A stretch of 64,000 bases of DNA from Bacteroides sp. CAG:545 (GCA_963659725.1 CAVKUS010000002.1:31494-95493), one strand, 5' to 3'; shown: positions 23,501-32,466, counted from the first letter of the stretch. Notes: generated by a model from the letters alone, not told the origin. Program-made: numbers and translations.

Positions 23501-24400
23501 GCTGATACCGCAATAAACATCATAACTCTTACCAGCATAATCATCTGCCAAATATTCTTTATAGCTTGCTTCTAAGAAAGGCTGAACAAAATCCTTATAA
23601 ACTAAGCTGCAAACCTTAGCAATACGTTCTTCATCAATTGCATCTTCAGCTAAGGCAGGATAACCATCTGCCTGCAAAGAAGTTTCTTCGCCTTCCTCTG
23701 GTAAGCTGTCATTTTCTAATAAGCCTTCACCTGCAAGTATTTTTTCTAAACGTGCATTAGCCTCATCATATATCTTTTTATCAAGAGTAGCCGCATCAAA
23801 ACCACTTCTTTGGCTTAAACGGCTTAATATCCATAAATTAGGCGAAAGAGAAAATGATCCCTGTTTATAACTGCCATGTGCATCCAATTGAAAAGTAAAC
23901 CACGCCAGCTTTGTCTCATTTTTTTCTATTCTTGTGTCTACAAGCTCTTTAATCTTAGGATTGGTTTTCTCCAAAAACTCAGCAAATTTATTAATACAAG
24001 CCTCTCTACTAATTTTGCCAACATAAAAGGTTAAATCACTCCAATTTCTAAAACCGGCAGCCTTAGCATTTTCCTTAAGCCTGTCCTCTATTTTTTCGCT
24101 GACAGCAGGCTTTGAGGTAATAACCGGCGGTAAATTCAACACGATAAAATTCTTGAGAAATTTAGGCTTCTTTTTACCAGCTGAGCATGAATTATTTTTT
24201 ACTACAGCCTTAAAATTATCAGCATCTTTTTTAGCGTCAGCATAATAATCCTCTTGACTAAATACTTCTGAAATATGCCAGAACTCTAGTATAGATTTAG
24301 CTACAGGTTCTAATTTTTCCGCTTCTTTTTTAGGCTCTGCTTGTGCAGTTGAACCTATAGCAATGTACTTTTTTATACCATTTTTAATAAAATCAAACAT
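20600..24400 (-). CDS. Large SF1B (Upf1/DNA2-like, AAA_11/AAA_12-type) helicase. The N-terminal ~430 aa are unassigned and the C-terminus carries tandem zinc ribbons.
   Basis: Motifs seen: Walker A GPPGTGKTT (~23069-23098), Ia ILVTSCNNTAVENI, II LLIVDESGQ (~21901-21940), III IIVGDPKQVEPV, V TVHTFQGKEAAEVIF and VI NVAATRAKNRFYVV. The C-terminus has CPICKTAL...YWKCSSGKH and CDDCKK...YFVCSND. The gene is visibly AT-richer than the flanking genes. Confidence 0.85.
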   Translation of the reverse strand: MFDFIKNGIKKYIAIGSTAQAEPKKEAEKLEPVAKSILEFWHISEVFSQEDYYADAKKDADNFKAVVKNNSCSAGKKKPKFLKNFIVLNLPPVITSKPAVSEKIEDRLKENAKAAGFRNWSDLTFYVGKISREACINKFAEFLEKTNPKIKELVDTRIEKNETKLAWFTFQLDAHGSYKQGSFSLSPNLWILSRLSQRSGFDAATLDKKIYDEANARLEKILAGEGLLENDSLPEEGEETSLQADGYPALAEDAIDEERIAKVCSLVYKDFVQPFLEASYKEYLADDYAGKSYDVYCGISYKLCSSGEDVEDDNDYMPLFNSFFCDDLNLALQTLQNKAVTTVDLVNYITSAYSEMVHTPKNLKRSDVKRIDIVNSDHGELLRYLQYILDVEKAPLGKWPSKFSPSLTQQIAINNMVSIIERKDGFDEKNIFSVNGPPGTGKTTLLKEIIVHCIIEKANVLAQLNDPEQAFKPHKLSELYGEHVDTECHLFNDKADKLNDYSILVTSCNNTAVENISKELPQQSKLLGDIKDEHIKDLFTVTLAEDSSAEVSPKPANEKADGKGSEQEATQMVKDVYFTDEAISLFDLRDEKGNPDIWGLIAAPLGKKKNINEFLWKALKKILQRYSKDGEGHDKNNFRDAATAYNLQRDKVLRLRKDLQECCRMARICTSEASVSEKDAAKKFLEKFKQKHEKVVYVDEGFVDRVLERFEPKGDEFYKGAQTQDPWFIPEYDRQREKLLYCALRVIETFVLASFECQTNLKFLEALWTGKFAGQPLKFNATDKAVIARAAYQTLFLLVPVISSTFASVQRFFKDLPERNLFGLLIVDESGQAQPQMAVGSLLRARKAIIVGDPKQVEPVVTDELDILRRLFHEEKYTPYKDKTISVQRCADLINKIGTYMYDAENEQYEWLGCPLLVHRRCISPMFDISNEISYNGIMKKSTPVKNKPVIFEKSLWIEAAGAEIGNKNHFVEAHAAIVCELLDRAFANSYNDEDVSKHGNPSIYIISPFTSVVKGIKAFLKKKRPNYNMNNKIGTVHTFQGKEAAEVIFLLGCDNQKGSEGAIKWVNNNIVNVAATRAKNRFYVVAQFEDAWAKQGENGPVYKMYHILKDRQSVLSWEEVSNALKEKNCAASASSIREKHIADAVPVAKADCLKTDKQCSCVKKALALSKKELVCPICKTALRRVDGEESYWKCSSGKHSYADYNNAPVFQICDDCKKLYGVTRYILKRYSRYGSYFVCSNDDYTKQTKYTLEEGRFIPRKSKKK

Positions 24401-24675
24401 AAACCGCTCTCCTTTACTTTCGAAAAATATATGATAACTAAATAGTAATTTCAGAAAGCATTACTCACAGTCAGCATATATTTCTTGCTATTTATATACT
24501 TCTTAAAACATTATTTTTATTATACAACAGTAAATTACAAAAGCAAAGAACTTAGCCTCCTCATTTCTACAATCTAAAAAAGTATTGATGTGCTTAAAAC
24601 GCCAAGTATCCATTGTACACTTTCCACTCAACAAGGACGTAAACGTTACTTTTGAGCGAAAGTTAAAATTCACAC

Positions 24676-24704
24676 TTGACAAACCGTGAAATTATTGCGA
24701 TAAT
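24676..24704 (+). promoter_or_regulatory. Sigma70-type promoter of the leu leader
   Basis: TTGACA (24676-24681), a 17-nt spacer, then GATAAT (24699-24704). Confidence 0.65.
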
Positions 24705-24739
24705 GTGAAGAACACAGCGATGTGTTTGTTTTAATTTAA

Positions 24740-24990
24740 GAACAAAAAATGCAATGACCGGGAAAAATTACCTGCCCCAGCATCCAGAGAGACGGCGTAT
24801 GGTGCAAGCCGCCAGCAAGCAGGCAAAGAAGCTCACCCGTGAGCAGCTTCTCTGAACCAAGTAGGAGCAGACGTTTCCAGCACGTTACGTTGCCGATCCG
24901 CTAATCGGGAAAATTAAGTACAACTTAGGGTGGTACCGCGAAAAAATTTCGCCCCTATCTGCAAGCGCAGATAGGGGCTATTTATTTCAT
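24740..24990 (+). promoter_or_regulatory. T-box leader, probably Leu-specific (CUC specifier)
   Basis: AGAGAG bay (24786-24791) and GGTGCAA distal element are present. The specifier loop ...AAGAAG-CUC-A... (CUC at 24832-24834) lies between the cctgc/gcagg and cggg/cccg helices. The T-box sequence is ttagggtggtaccgcg (24925-24940). The terminator gcccctatctgc...gcagataggggc (24951-24978) is followed by a T-rich tail. leuCDB lies downstream. Confidence 0.85.
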
Positions 24991-25026
24991 TGTACACTCT
25001 TTCTAACTTAAAAATTTTACAGGCTG

Positions 25027-25125
25027 TCTAGAGGAGCGTCAGATGCGAAGAAGCGCGACGACGGCGTACATACCAGTACTCCTAGGAGCGCTTCTGAAGC
25101 AGATGGCCTCTTATAGGCAGCCCCT
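25027..25125. repeat. Copy of the intergenic repeat family (core 25057-25069) inside the leuC 5' UTR
   Basis: The sequence is gtctagaggagcgtcagatgcgaagaagcgcgacgacggcgtacataccagtactcctaggagcgcttctgaagcagatggcc.... The arms agaagcgc/gcgcttct form an 8-bp stem. Confidence 0.8.
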
Positions 25126-25145
25126 AAAGAAAGAAGGACTATCTT

Positions 25146-26411
25146 ATGGGAATGACAATGACGCAAAAAATCTTAGCCAAGCACGCTCACCGCGACAGCG
25201 TAAGCGCCGGCGACCTGCTTGTTTCTCAGGTAGATTTAGTATTAGCAAATGATATCACCGGTCCTCCGGCAATCAATGAATTCGAAAAAATCGGCAAGCC
25301 GGTATTTGATAAAAATAAAATTGCTCTGGTTCCGGACCATTTCTCTCCCTGCAAGGATATCAAATCCGCAACCATGTGCAAGCGTATGCGCGACTTCGCC
25401 CGCAAGCACGAAATCAAAAACTACTTTGAAGTAGGCCAGATGGGTATCGAGCATGCACTGCTGCCTGATAAAGGCCTTGTTGCCCCCGGTGAAATCATCA
25501 TTGGTGCCGATTCCCACACCTGCACCTATGGCGCACTCAATGCGCTGAGCACCGGCATGGGCCAGACCGATATCGGCTGCGCTATGGCCAGTGGCACCTC
25601 CTGGTTCAAGGTTCCGCAGGCTATCAAGGTTAACCTGACAGGCAAGCTGCCGAAATACGTTAAAGGCAAGGACATCATCCTGACCATCATCGGTATGATT
25701 GGCGTTGACGGTGCCCGTTACCAATCTTTGGAATTCACTGGCGAAGGCGTCAGCGAGCTTTCGATGGCCGACCGTTTAACTATCTGCAACATGGCTATTG
25801 AGGCCGGCGGCAAAAACGGTATTTTCCCCGTTGACGAAAAAACCATCGAATTCTTGAAGGAACGCGGCGTAACCCGTGAATGGGAAGCAGTTACTGCGGA
25901 CGAAGACGCTGAATATGCCCGCGTACTCGATATTAAGCTCGACGAGCTTGTTCCTGTTGTTGCTTATCCGCATCTGCCGGAAAACACTCATCCTGCTAAG
26001 GAAGGTCATGCAATCAAAATCGACCAGGTTGTCATCGGCTCCTGCACCAACGGCCGTTTGGAAGATCTTGAACAGGCTGCCGAAATTCTCAAAGGCCACA
26101 AGGTTTGCGACCATGTGCGTATGATTATCATCCCGGCAACCCAACAGATTTATCAGGAAGCTATGCACCGCGGTTACATTGATACCTTTATTGATGCAGG
26201 CGCAGCCGTTTCCACTCCGACCTGTGGTCCCTGCCTGGGCGGTTACATGGGTATCCTCGCAGCAGGCGAGCGCGCTGTTTCCACCACAAACCGTAACTTC
26301 CGCGGCCGCATGGGCCATGTCGACAGCGAGGTTTATCTGGCAAGCCCCTATACCGCTGCAGCCAGTGCCATCACCGGTTATATCACCAGCCCTGAGGAGG
26401 TAGTAAAATGA
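25146..26411 (+). CDS. leuC: 3-isopropylmalate dehydratase large subunit
   Basis: 421-aa aconitase-family protein (short LeuC type) with cluster Cys motifs (GSCTNGR, CGPCLG). It follows a Leu T-box and is followed by leuD and leuB. Confidence 0.92.
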   Translation: MGMTMTQKILAKHAHRDSVSAGDLLVSQVDLVLANDITGPPAINEFEKIGKPVFDKNKIALVPDHFSPCKDIKSATMCKRMRDFARKHEIKNYFEVGQMGIEHALLPDKGLVAPGEIIIGADSHTCTYGALNALSTGMGQTDIGCAMASGTSWFKVPQAIKVNLTGKLPKYVKGKDIILTIIGMIGVDGARYQSLEFTGEGVSELSMADRLTICNMAIEAGGKNGIFPVDEKTIEFLKERGVTREWEAVTADEDAEYARVLDIKLDELVPVVAYPHLPENTHPAKEGHAIKIDQVVIGSCTNGRLEDLEQAAEILKGHKVCDHVRMIIIPATQQIYQEAMHRGYIDTFIDAGAAVSTPTCGPCLGGYMGILAAGERAVSTTNRNFRGRMGHVDSEVYLASPYTAAASAITGYITSPEEVVK

Positions 26412-26902
26412 GCAAAGTTTGGCGTTACGGCGACCACATTGATACAGACGTTATTATCCCGGCAAGATATCTGAACATTGCCGATTTCAAAGAATTAGCA
26501 GAGCACGCAATGGAGGACGCGAAGGAAAACCTGGAAATTAACTTCGCTGCCAACGTACAGCCCGGCGATTACATCGTAGCAGGCAAAAACTTCGGCTGCG
26601 GTTCTTCCCGTGAGCATGCTCCGGTAGTATTAAAGGTTAAGGGCATCAAATGCATCGTAGCAGACAGCTTTGCCCGTATCTTCTATCGCAATGCGATTAA
26701 CATCGGCCTGCCGGTGCTGGAAATCGGCGCCGACGTAGAAAAGATCGAACCCGGTGACGAAATTGACGTTGACGTCAACAAGGGTGAAATCAAAATCCTT
26801 AATAAAAACATTACGATCAAAACAAAACCGTTGCCGGAATTTATCCAGCATATCGCAGACTGCGGCGGCCTGATTAATTATATTAAAGGAGAAAACAAAT
26901 AA
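26408..26902 (+). CDS. leuD: 3-isopropylmalate dehydratase small subunit
   Basis: 164-aa aconitase swivel domain ([13 protein letters not shown]). Its start overlaps the leuC stop (ATGA). Confidence 0.92.
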   Translation: MSKVWRYGDHIDTDVIIPARYLNIADFKELAEHAMEDAKENLEINFAANVQPGDYIVAGKNFGCGSSREHAPVVLKVKGIKCIVADSFARIFYRNAINIGLPVLEIGADVEKIEPGDEIDVDVNKGEIKILNKNITIKTKPLPEFIQHIADCGGLINYIKGENK

Positions 26903-27975
26903 TGAAGATTTGCTTACTGCCCGGTGACGGCATTGGTGTAGAAATTGTTGATGCAGCGGTAGAGGTTCTCGACGCTGCTGCCAAAAAATTCGGCTTTGAA
27001 ATTGAATATGACAAGCAGCTTATCGGCGGCTGTGCTATCGACGCAACCGGCGTTCCTCTGCCGGAAGCAACCATCGCCAGCGCTAAGGCTGCCGACGCTG
27101 TACTGCTCGGTGCTGTCGGCGGACCGAAATGGGATAATGTTGCTCCGGATATCCGTCCGGAAAAAGGCCTGCTTGGTATCCGCAAGGCTTTGGGCCTGTA
27201 TTGCAACCTGCGCCCGATGACCGTTTCCAAATTCACTGCGCATCTTTCTCCGCTGAAAACAGAACGTGCAGAAGGTGCCGACCTGTTAATCGTACGCGAG
27301 CTTACCGGCGGCATTTACTTCGGTGAGCACAACGAAGCGCACCTCAACGCTGACGGTGTTGAGGAAGCAAGCGACGTTGAGCTTTACACCCGTCCGGAGG
27401 TAGAACGCATTGCCCGTTTTGCTTTTGAAGCTGCCAAAAAACGCCGCGGTAAAGTAACCAGCGTTGATAAAGCCAACGTATTGGGCTCCAGCCGTATGTG
27501 GCGCAAGATTGTTGCCGAAATGCAGGCTAAGGATTATCCTGAAATCGAGCTGAACAATTTCTATGTTGATAACTGCGCTATGCAGTTAGTGCTGAATCCG
27601 AAGCAATTCGACGTTATCTTGACCAACAATATCTTTGGTGATATCCTCAGTGACGAAGCCAGCACGATTGCAGGCAGCATCGGCCTGCTTCCGAGCGCCA
27701 GCCTCGGCGACGGCACCGGTATGTACGAGCCTATCCACGGCAGTGCGCCTGATATTGCCGGTCAGGGTATTGCTAACCCGTTGGCAACCATTCTCAGTGT
27801 TGCTATGATGCTGCGCTACTCTCTGAACCAAAACGAAGCAGCAGACGCTATGGAAACAGCTGTTGACGCAGTTATGGAGCAGGGCTACCGCACTCCGGAC
27901 CTTTATGCAGAAGGTCTGAAGAAGGTTTCTACCTCTGAAATGGGCCACCTTGTTGCTCAGGAGCTGCTGAAATAA
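26902..27975 (+). CDS. leuB: 3-isopropylmalate dehydrogenase
   Basis: 357 aa with [12 protein letters not shown]..., ...[12 protein letters not shown]... and ...[12 protein letters not shown].... Confidence 0.95.
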   Translation: MKICLLPGDGIGVEIVDAAVEVLDAAAKKFGFEIEYDKQLIGGCAIDATGVPLPEATIASAKAADAVLLGAVGGPKWDNVAPDIRPEKGLLGIRKALGLYCNLRPMTVSKFTAHLSPLKTERAEGADLLIVRELTGGIYFGEHNEAHLNADGVEEASDVELYTRPEVERIARFAFEAAKKRRGKVTSVDKANVLGSSRMWRKIVAEMQAKDYPEIELNNFYVDNCAMQLVLNPKQFDVILTNNIFGDILSDEASTIAGSIGLLPSASLGDGTGMYEPIHGSAPDIAGQGIANPLATILSVAMMLRYSLNQNEAADAMETAVDAVMEQGYRTPDLYAEGLKKVSTSEMGHLVAQELLK

Positions 27976-28023
27976 ACATTCACGGTATAACGCCATCCCC
28001 TCAGCGTTTACCAAAGCATTTCT

Positions 28024-28062
28024 ACCCGTAAGCCTTACGTTTGGGGCTTACGGGTAAATTTT
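28024..28062 (+). terminator. Intrinsic terminator after leuB
   Basis: An 11-bp stem acccgtaagcc/ggcttacgggt followed by aaatttt. Confidence 0.7.
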
Positions 28063-28133
28063 CCAACATTTAAGCATTATTATATTTTGATTTTTTTGTT
28101 TTTTGGATTTTTTTATGATTGTTGTGGTGTATT

Positions 28134-28898
28134 ATGATGCAAATTTCAACTGAAAACATTAATTCCGTATACACTAATAGTGTTTCAAGCAATGCTACAG
28201 CCTTCCGCCAAGGCTTGCACGATGGCATCCCCATAGGATTGGGGTATTTTGCTGTAGCCTTTTCCTTAGGTATTATTTGCCGCACATCCGGTCTTTCTGT
28301 ATTACAAGGCTTTTTAACAAGTCTGCTCAACAACACTTCAGCCGGTGAATTTGCCGCCATTACCCTCATAGGGCAAAACGCCAGCTATACAGAAATAGCA
28401 CTGGTCACACTCATCGCCAATGCACGCTACATGCTAATGAGCTGTGCTCTTAGCCAAAGGCTTAGCAGCGCACAAAGCTTTTTACATCGTCTGGCTATGG
28501 CCTTCGCTGTAACGGATGAACTTTTCGGTATCGCTATCTCCCGTCCCGGTGTTTTGAATCCCTACTATTACTATGGCGGTATGGCTGTAGCAATTCCCGG
28601 CTGGTCGATTGGCACAGCCTGCGGCATTATCGCCGGTGCAGCGTTGCCAGAGCGCATTGTCAGCGCACTGAGCGTAGCACTGTTTGGCATGTTCCTCGCT
28701 ATTATCATGCCTCCGGCGCGCGAAAGCCGTATCATTCTCACTGTTGTAATCACAAGCTTCATCGCCAGCTTTGCAGCAACATATCTGCAGCCGTTGGCAC
28801 AGCTTACCGGCGGTACGCGTACCATTATCCTCACTGTAGTCATCGCAGCGGCTGCAGCCTGGCTAAGACCGGTGCAGTCCCAGCAAAAGGAGGATTAG
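28134..28898 (+). CDS. azlC: AzlC-family branched-chain amino acid exporter subunit
   Basis: Polytopic membrane protein with AzlC-like sequence (GIPIGLGYFAVAFSLG...NARYMLMS...). It is followed by azlD. The start was set at the first ATG (28134); the ORF-track start at 28119 is a TTG. Confidence 0.8.
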   Translation: MMQISTENINSVYTNSVSSNATAFRQGLHDGIPIGLGYFAVAFSLGIICRTSGLSVLQGFLTSLLNNTSAGEFAAITLIGQNASYTEIALVTLIANARYMLMSCALSQRLSSAQSFLHRLAMAFAVTDELFGIAISRPGVLNPYYYYGGMAVAIPGWSIGTACGIIAGAALPERIVSALSVALFGMFLAIIMPPARESRIILTVVITSFIASFAATYLQPLAQLTGGTRTIILTVVIAAAAAWLRPVQSQQKED

Positions 28899-28901
28899 CA
28901 G

Positions 28902-29213
28902 ATGGAACACAATATTTACATTTATATTGCAGTCATGGCGCTTGTTACCTATGCTATCCGAGTGCTTCCCCTCACACTCATCCGTAAGGAAATCAAAAAT
29001 CCCTTCATCCGTTCGTTTTTATATTATGTTCCCTACACGACGCTCGCAGTAATGACCTTTCCTGCTATCCTGCAGGAAACACAAACACCTGCTGCAGGTG
29101 CGCTTGCCCTCGGCGTCGGCGTTGCCACCGCCTGGCGCGGCATGAGCCTTTTTCATGTGGCTTGCTGCTGCTGTGCAGTGGTGTTTATCGTAGAATTTAT
29201 CATGGTGCCGTAA
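28902..29213 (+). CDS. azlD: AzlD-family small membrane subunit
   Basis: 103 aa with 3-4 TM helices, immediately after azlC. Confidence 0.8.
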   Translation: MEHNIYIYIAVMALVTYAIRVLPLTLIRKEIKNPFIRSFLYYVPYTTLAVMTFPAILQETQTPAAGALALGVGVATAWRGMSLFHVACCCCAVVFIVEFIMVP

Positions 29214-29277
29214 GGCGCAAAAAAGCCGTCGGCTCAAGAGATTTTTCTCCGGGCCGGCGGCATTTTTGCTTCTGTAA

Positions 29278-29676
29278 TCAACGTGCGTTTAAGCCTAATT
29301 CGTTAATCAAGGCGCGCTGCAACAACTTTGAAAAATTGATATCGTTATCAATTGCCATATTATTAAGCCATGCAGGAATCGAGAGCGTCTTTTTTACAGC
29401 CTTTGCATTATATTTTTTATCATACGCCAGCTTATCAAAAGCGACCATCATCACAAACTGACCGCCTTCAAGTTTAATTTCATTTGGTTTTGATGCCTGA
29501 GGATATTCTTCAGGCTTCTTACCTTCCAACATCAGGCCTATCACTTCCTGCACCATCTCCAAAGCTTCTTCCAAGGAATCTCCTTGCGTATTGCAGCCGG
29601 GAATATCCGGAACATAAACGGATACGCCTACTTCCTCAGGCTCAAAAATTACCGGATAAAAATATTTTTTAGACAT
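29278..29676 (-). CDS. hicB: HicB-family antitoxin
   Basis: N-terminal HicB fold (YPVIFEPEEVGVSVYVPDIPGCNTQGDSLEEALEM) and a C-terminal DNA-binding tail. Located 20 nt downstream of hicA. Confidence 0.85.
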   Translation of the reverse strand: MSKKYFYPVIFEPEEVGVSVYVPDIPGCNTQGDSLEEALEMVQEVIGLMLEGKKPEEYPQASKPNEIKLEGGQFVMMVAFDKLAYDKKYNAKAVKKTLSIPAWLNNMAIDNDINFSKLLQRALINELGLNAR

Positions 29677-29696
29677 AATACGTTCCTTTCCTCTGC

Positions 29697-29891
29697 TTAT
29701 CGCTTTAATCCAGCCTGTTTTAGAATAGCCTGTTCCAAACCTTTCTTCAATTCTTTAGCATGTAAAGGTACAGCAATGGTTATATTCCGCTGTGGGTTAA
29801 AATATTTTTGATGAGAACCATTATTGCTCTTCACATAAACAAAACCATTTTGTAAAAGCAATCTGATCATTTCTTTAGGGGTTAGTGGCAT
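29697..29891 (-). CDS. hicA: HicA-family mRNA interferase toxin
   Basis: 64 aa with ...LLQNGF...GSHQKY...VPLHAKELKKGLEQAILKQAGL, typical of the HicA/YcfA family. Confidence 0.85.
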   Translation of the reverse strand: MPLTPKEMIRLLLQNGFVYVKSNNGSHQKYFNPQRNITIAVPLHAKELKKGLEQAILKQAGLKR

Positions 29892-29954
29892 AAACGCAAC
29901 CTCCTTTAATTTATTATACTACGTAATATTACGTATGTAAAGAAATGCTTGCTT

Positions 29955-29996
29955 CAACAAAAAAGTCTTCGTACATACCTGAATATGCACGAAGAC
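29955..29996 (-). terminator. Intrinsic terminator after the permease gene
   Basis: On the minus strand, an 8-bp stem gtcttcgt/acgaagac is followed by ttttttg. Confidence 0.65.
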
Positions 29997-30021
29997 CAAA
30001 ATATTTTACGAAATTTTTATC

Positions 30022-31269
30022 TCACAGCAGCCAGTGGAACATGCCGAAATAAGAGAATACGCACAGCACCGAAACCCCCAGCGCCGAAACGCCGAACATT
30101 TTCATAAACAGGCTCTGCTGCTGCTTCTGATTGGCATTGGCAGCCGAAGCATAAGCTGCCAGCGCCAACGCACCACCTGTAGAAAGCGGACTGATGGCAG
30201 CGACATGCGAAATCGTTGTAATAGAAGACGCCAGCTCCAACTCATTCACACCGCCAAGCTGCTGAGCAACATGCGGCACTGTCGGCAGCAGCGTAGGCAT
30301 AACAACACCGCTGCTTGAGCTGAACCAGCTCATAACACCGGATGTAAGGCCCATAACAGCGGCAGCACTTTTAGCACTCATCAGCGAAACAAGTACATTG
30401 GAAAGCACCTCAATACCGCCAAGATCTATAATCAGCTGCATCAAAACACCGACACCGGTAATCAAAAGCAACGTATTCCAGGGAATATGCCTGATTGCTT
30501 TTGTTTCATCGGAAACACGCAAAAAGGACAGTACCGCAGCAACCGCAAAGCTTACCAGGCCAACATTAATGCGTAAAAGCATAACCATAAGAACCATTGC
30601 CACAATACCGGCCATAGTCGTCAGCTGCTTTTTATTGAAGCTGGGAACTTCTTTTTTCTGCTCTGTAGCAGCAGAACGCAGCTTATAACCGCCCAACAAA
30701 ATATAGACAATAACGGCATAAATAGTAAAGGAAAAAATACCATTCATCAGAAAATCATTTTCAATACCGGTCAAGCCAAATTCTGCACACAAATTTGCAC
30801 CGATAATACCGGTAGCAGCGAGCGGCGATAAACCGCCGGCGCAGGCACCCAAAACAGTTAAGGTTGAAAGCAGCACAGGACTGATTTTCATCTCTGCTGC
30901 CAAGGACATGGAAAAAACCATCATTATTGCCATAGTCGGTACGGAGCCGGGACCAAGTGCAGCAAGTATAATAGAGAATACATAAATGATGACAGGAATC
31001 AGATAAACACGCTTGCCCGCTAAGGAAATCACCTTCTGCGCCAGTAAATCAAGACTGCCGTTAATCTGTGCCAGGCTGAACAAGTAGGTTACACCCAAAA
31101 GCATCAGGAACAAAGAAGCATTAAAGCCTTTAATAATTTCTGCATCGCTAACGCCTGCCATACGTCCCAAAAGTAAGGCAAAAGCTATGCATAACAGACC
31201 CGTATTCATCTTACGGATAAAACCAAGCATAATCGCCAGAAGTAAAAAACCCAAGGATAACAGAGCCAT
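30022..31269 (-). CDS. Ion-transporter-superfamily anion permease (CitMHS/MatC/SLC13-like)
   Basis: 415 aa with about 12 TM helices and an internal two-fold repeat. Family assignment is by general resemblance only. Confidence 0.5.
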   Translation of the reverse strand: MALLSLGFLLLAIMLGFIRKMNTGLLCIAFALLLGRMAGVSDAEIIKGFNASLFLMLLGVTYLFSLAQINGSLDLLAQKVISLAGKRVYLIPVIIYVFSIILAALGPGSVPTMAIMMVFSMSLAAEMKISPVLLSTLTVLGACAGGLSPLAATGIIGANLCAEFGLTGIENDFLMNGIFSFTIYAVIVYILLGGYKLRSAATEQKKEVPSFNKKQLTTMAGIVAMVLMVMLLRINVGLVSFAVAAVLSFLRVSDETKAIRHIPWNTLLLITGVGVLMQLIIDLGGIEVLSNVLVSLMSAKSAAAVMGLTSGVMSWFSSSSGVVMPTLLPTVPHVAQQLGGVNELELASSITTISHVAAISPLSTGGALALAAYASAANANQKQQQSLFMKMFGVSALGVSVLCVFSYFGMFHWLL

Positions 31270-31594
31270 CGGAAACCTCCAAAAAAATTATTTGAGAGTG
31301 TATTTGAGAGTGTAGTAACAGGAATATTAAATATAACAGAATCGCTATTTATATAATAACACTTGGGCATTACTTTGTAAAACAGTAGTTTCGTTTTGCC
31401 TATTCTTGTTTAGCATCAATATTATTCCGTTTAGGAATAGTCTTTTTATTATCACGGTTACGCAGATATAGTCTACGCTATTCCAACTCTTTATAGTAAA
31501 ATAGTTTATTTCCTGCAAAATAAATGATACAATAAATAATTGAGAGAAGATTAGACAATTTTCATGGTTATAACAGCACAGTGAAAATTAGATT

Positions 31595-32446
31595 ATGGAG
31601 ATGATTGCTTTGCCGAATTATGCAGATATAAATGGACGGCCGATGAAGAAGCTGCAAATAGAACAATACCTGCGCAAGCTGCAGCTTAACAACTTTGAGC
31701 CGGCTGTTAATTTAGCAACCCTGACTAAATTACAGGATGCGCACCTCAAATATATTCCCTACGAAAATTTTGACTGTCTTAACGGCAAAATTACTTCGCT
31801 CAAACGCCATGATATGTTCAATAAGATTATTATGCATAACCGCGGTGGCATCTGCTTTGAGCTGAACGGACTTTACAACTGGCTTTTGGAATCCCTGGGC
31901 TTCGACGTAACAAGCTACGCTGCCCGCTTTATCGATAAAATGGAAACCTACCAGCTGCGCCGCCACCGCGTAATGTGTGTAGCTTTAGGTGATAAGCGTT
32001 ATCTTACCGATGTCGGCGTGAACAGCGAGAGTCCGCGTGTTCCGCTGGAGATTGTGGAAGGACTGATTCAAAGTGACGGCATCAGCCAATACAAATTTAC
32101 CCGCAGTGAATTTTGGGGCTGGCTGCTTTGGCAGAAGGAGCGCGGTAAAATCTGGAAGCGTCTCTTCGGCTTCACAGAGGAACCGCAGATAGACAAGGAT
32201 TTTATTACCGCCAGCTTCTGGTGCGATGCCCATCCCGACTCACCGTTTATCAAAAGCAAAAAGCTGTCTATTTTCCGCGAGGACTGTAATATTACCATCC
32301 GCGGTAATTATTTGAAATTTTACCTTGGCGGTCGCGTTAAGTACCGCTATAAAATCAACACCGGTGTCGAGCTTAAGGAGATTCTTTGGGAGTATTTCGG
32401 TATTAATGTAGAATACCGCCTCAAGGATGATGGTATAGAATACTAA
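31595..32446 (+). CDS. Arylamine N-acetyltransferase (NAT family)
   Basis: IPYENFD... and the catalytic-Cys motif RGGICFELNGL. The likely true start is M17 at 31643 (MKKLQIEQYLRKL). Confidence 0.8.
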   Translation: MEMIALPNYADINGRPMKKLQIEQYLRKLQLNNFEPAVNLATLTKLQDAHLKYIPYENFDCLNGKITSLKRHDMFNKIIMHNRGGICFELNGLYNWLLESLGFDVTSYAARFIDKMETYQLRRHRVMCVALGDKRYLTDVGVNSESPRVPLEIVEGLIQSDGISQYKFTRSEFWGWLLWQKERGKIWKRLFGFTEEPQIDKDFITASFWCDAHPDSPFIKSKKLSIFREDCNITIRGNYLKFYLGGRVKYRYKINTGVELKEILWEYFGINVEYRLKDDGIEY

Positions 32447-32466
32447 GCCGGCAGGAGATTTATAAC

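Noticed and set aside
20600-24400. Assigning the large helicase to a named defence system (Mokosh, Nhi, Hachiman, Gabija)
   Set aside because: No partner gene (PLD nuclease, HamA, GajA) is adjacent, and I cannot identify a nuclease motif in the protein by eye. Only the generic Upf1-like SF1 helicase call is supported without a profile search.
24611-24998. Direct repeat CATTGTACACT at 24611 and 24988 flanking the leu promoter and T-box, considered as a possible target-site duplication
   Set aside because: Only 11 nt are identical. Several such matches within a few hundred nt are expected by chance in a 64-kb window. No matching copy occurs at the other edge of the helicase islet (~20530).
31289-31312. 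Tandem 12-mer tatttgagagtg x2 just upstream of the permease start codon
   Set aside because: Two copies only, with no palindromic character and no second occurrence. This is insufficient to call an operator or repeat feature.
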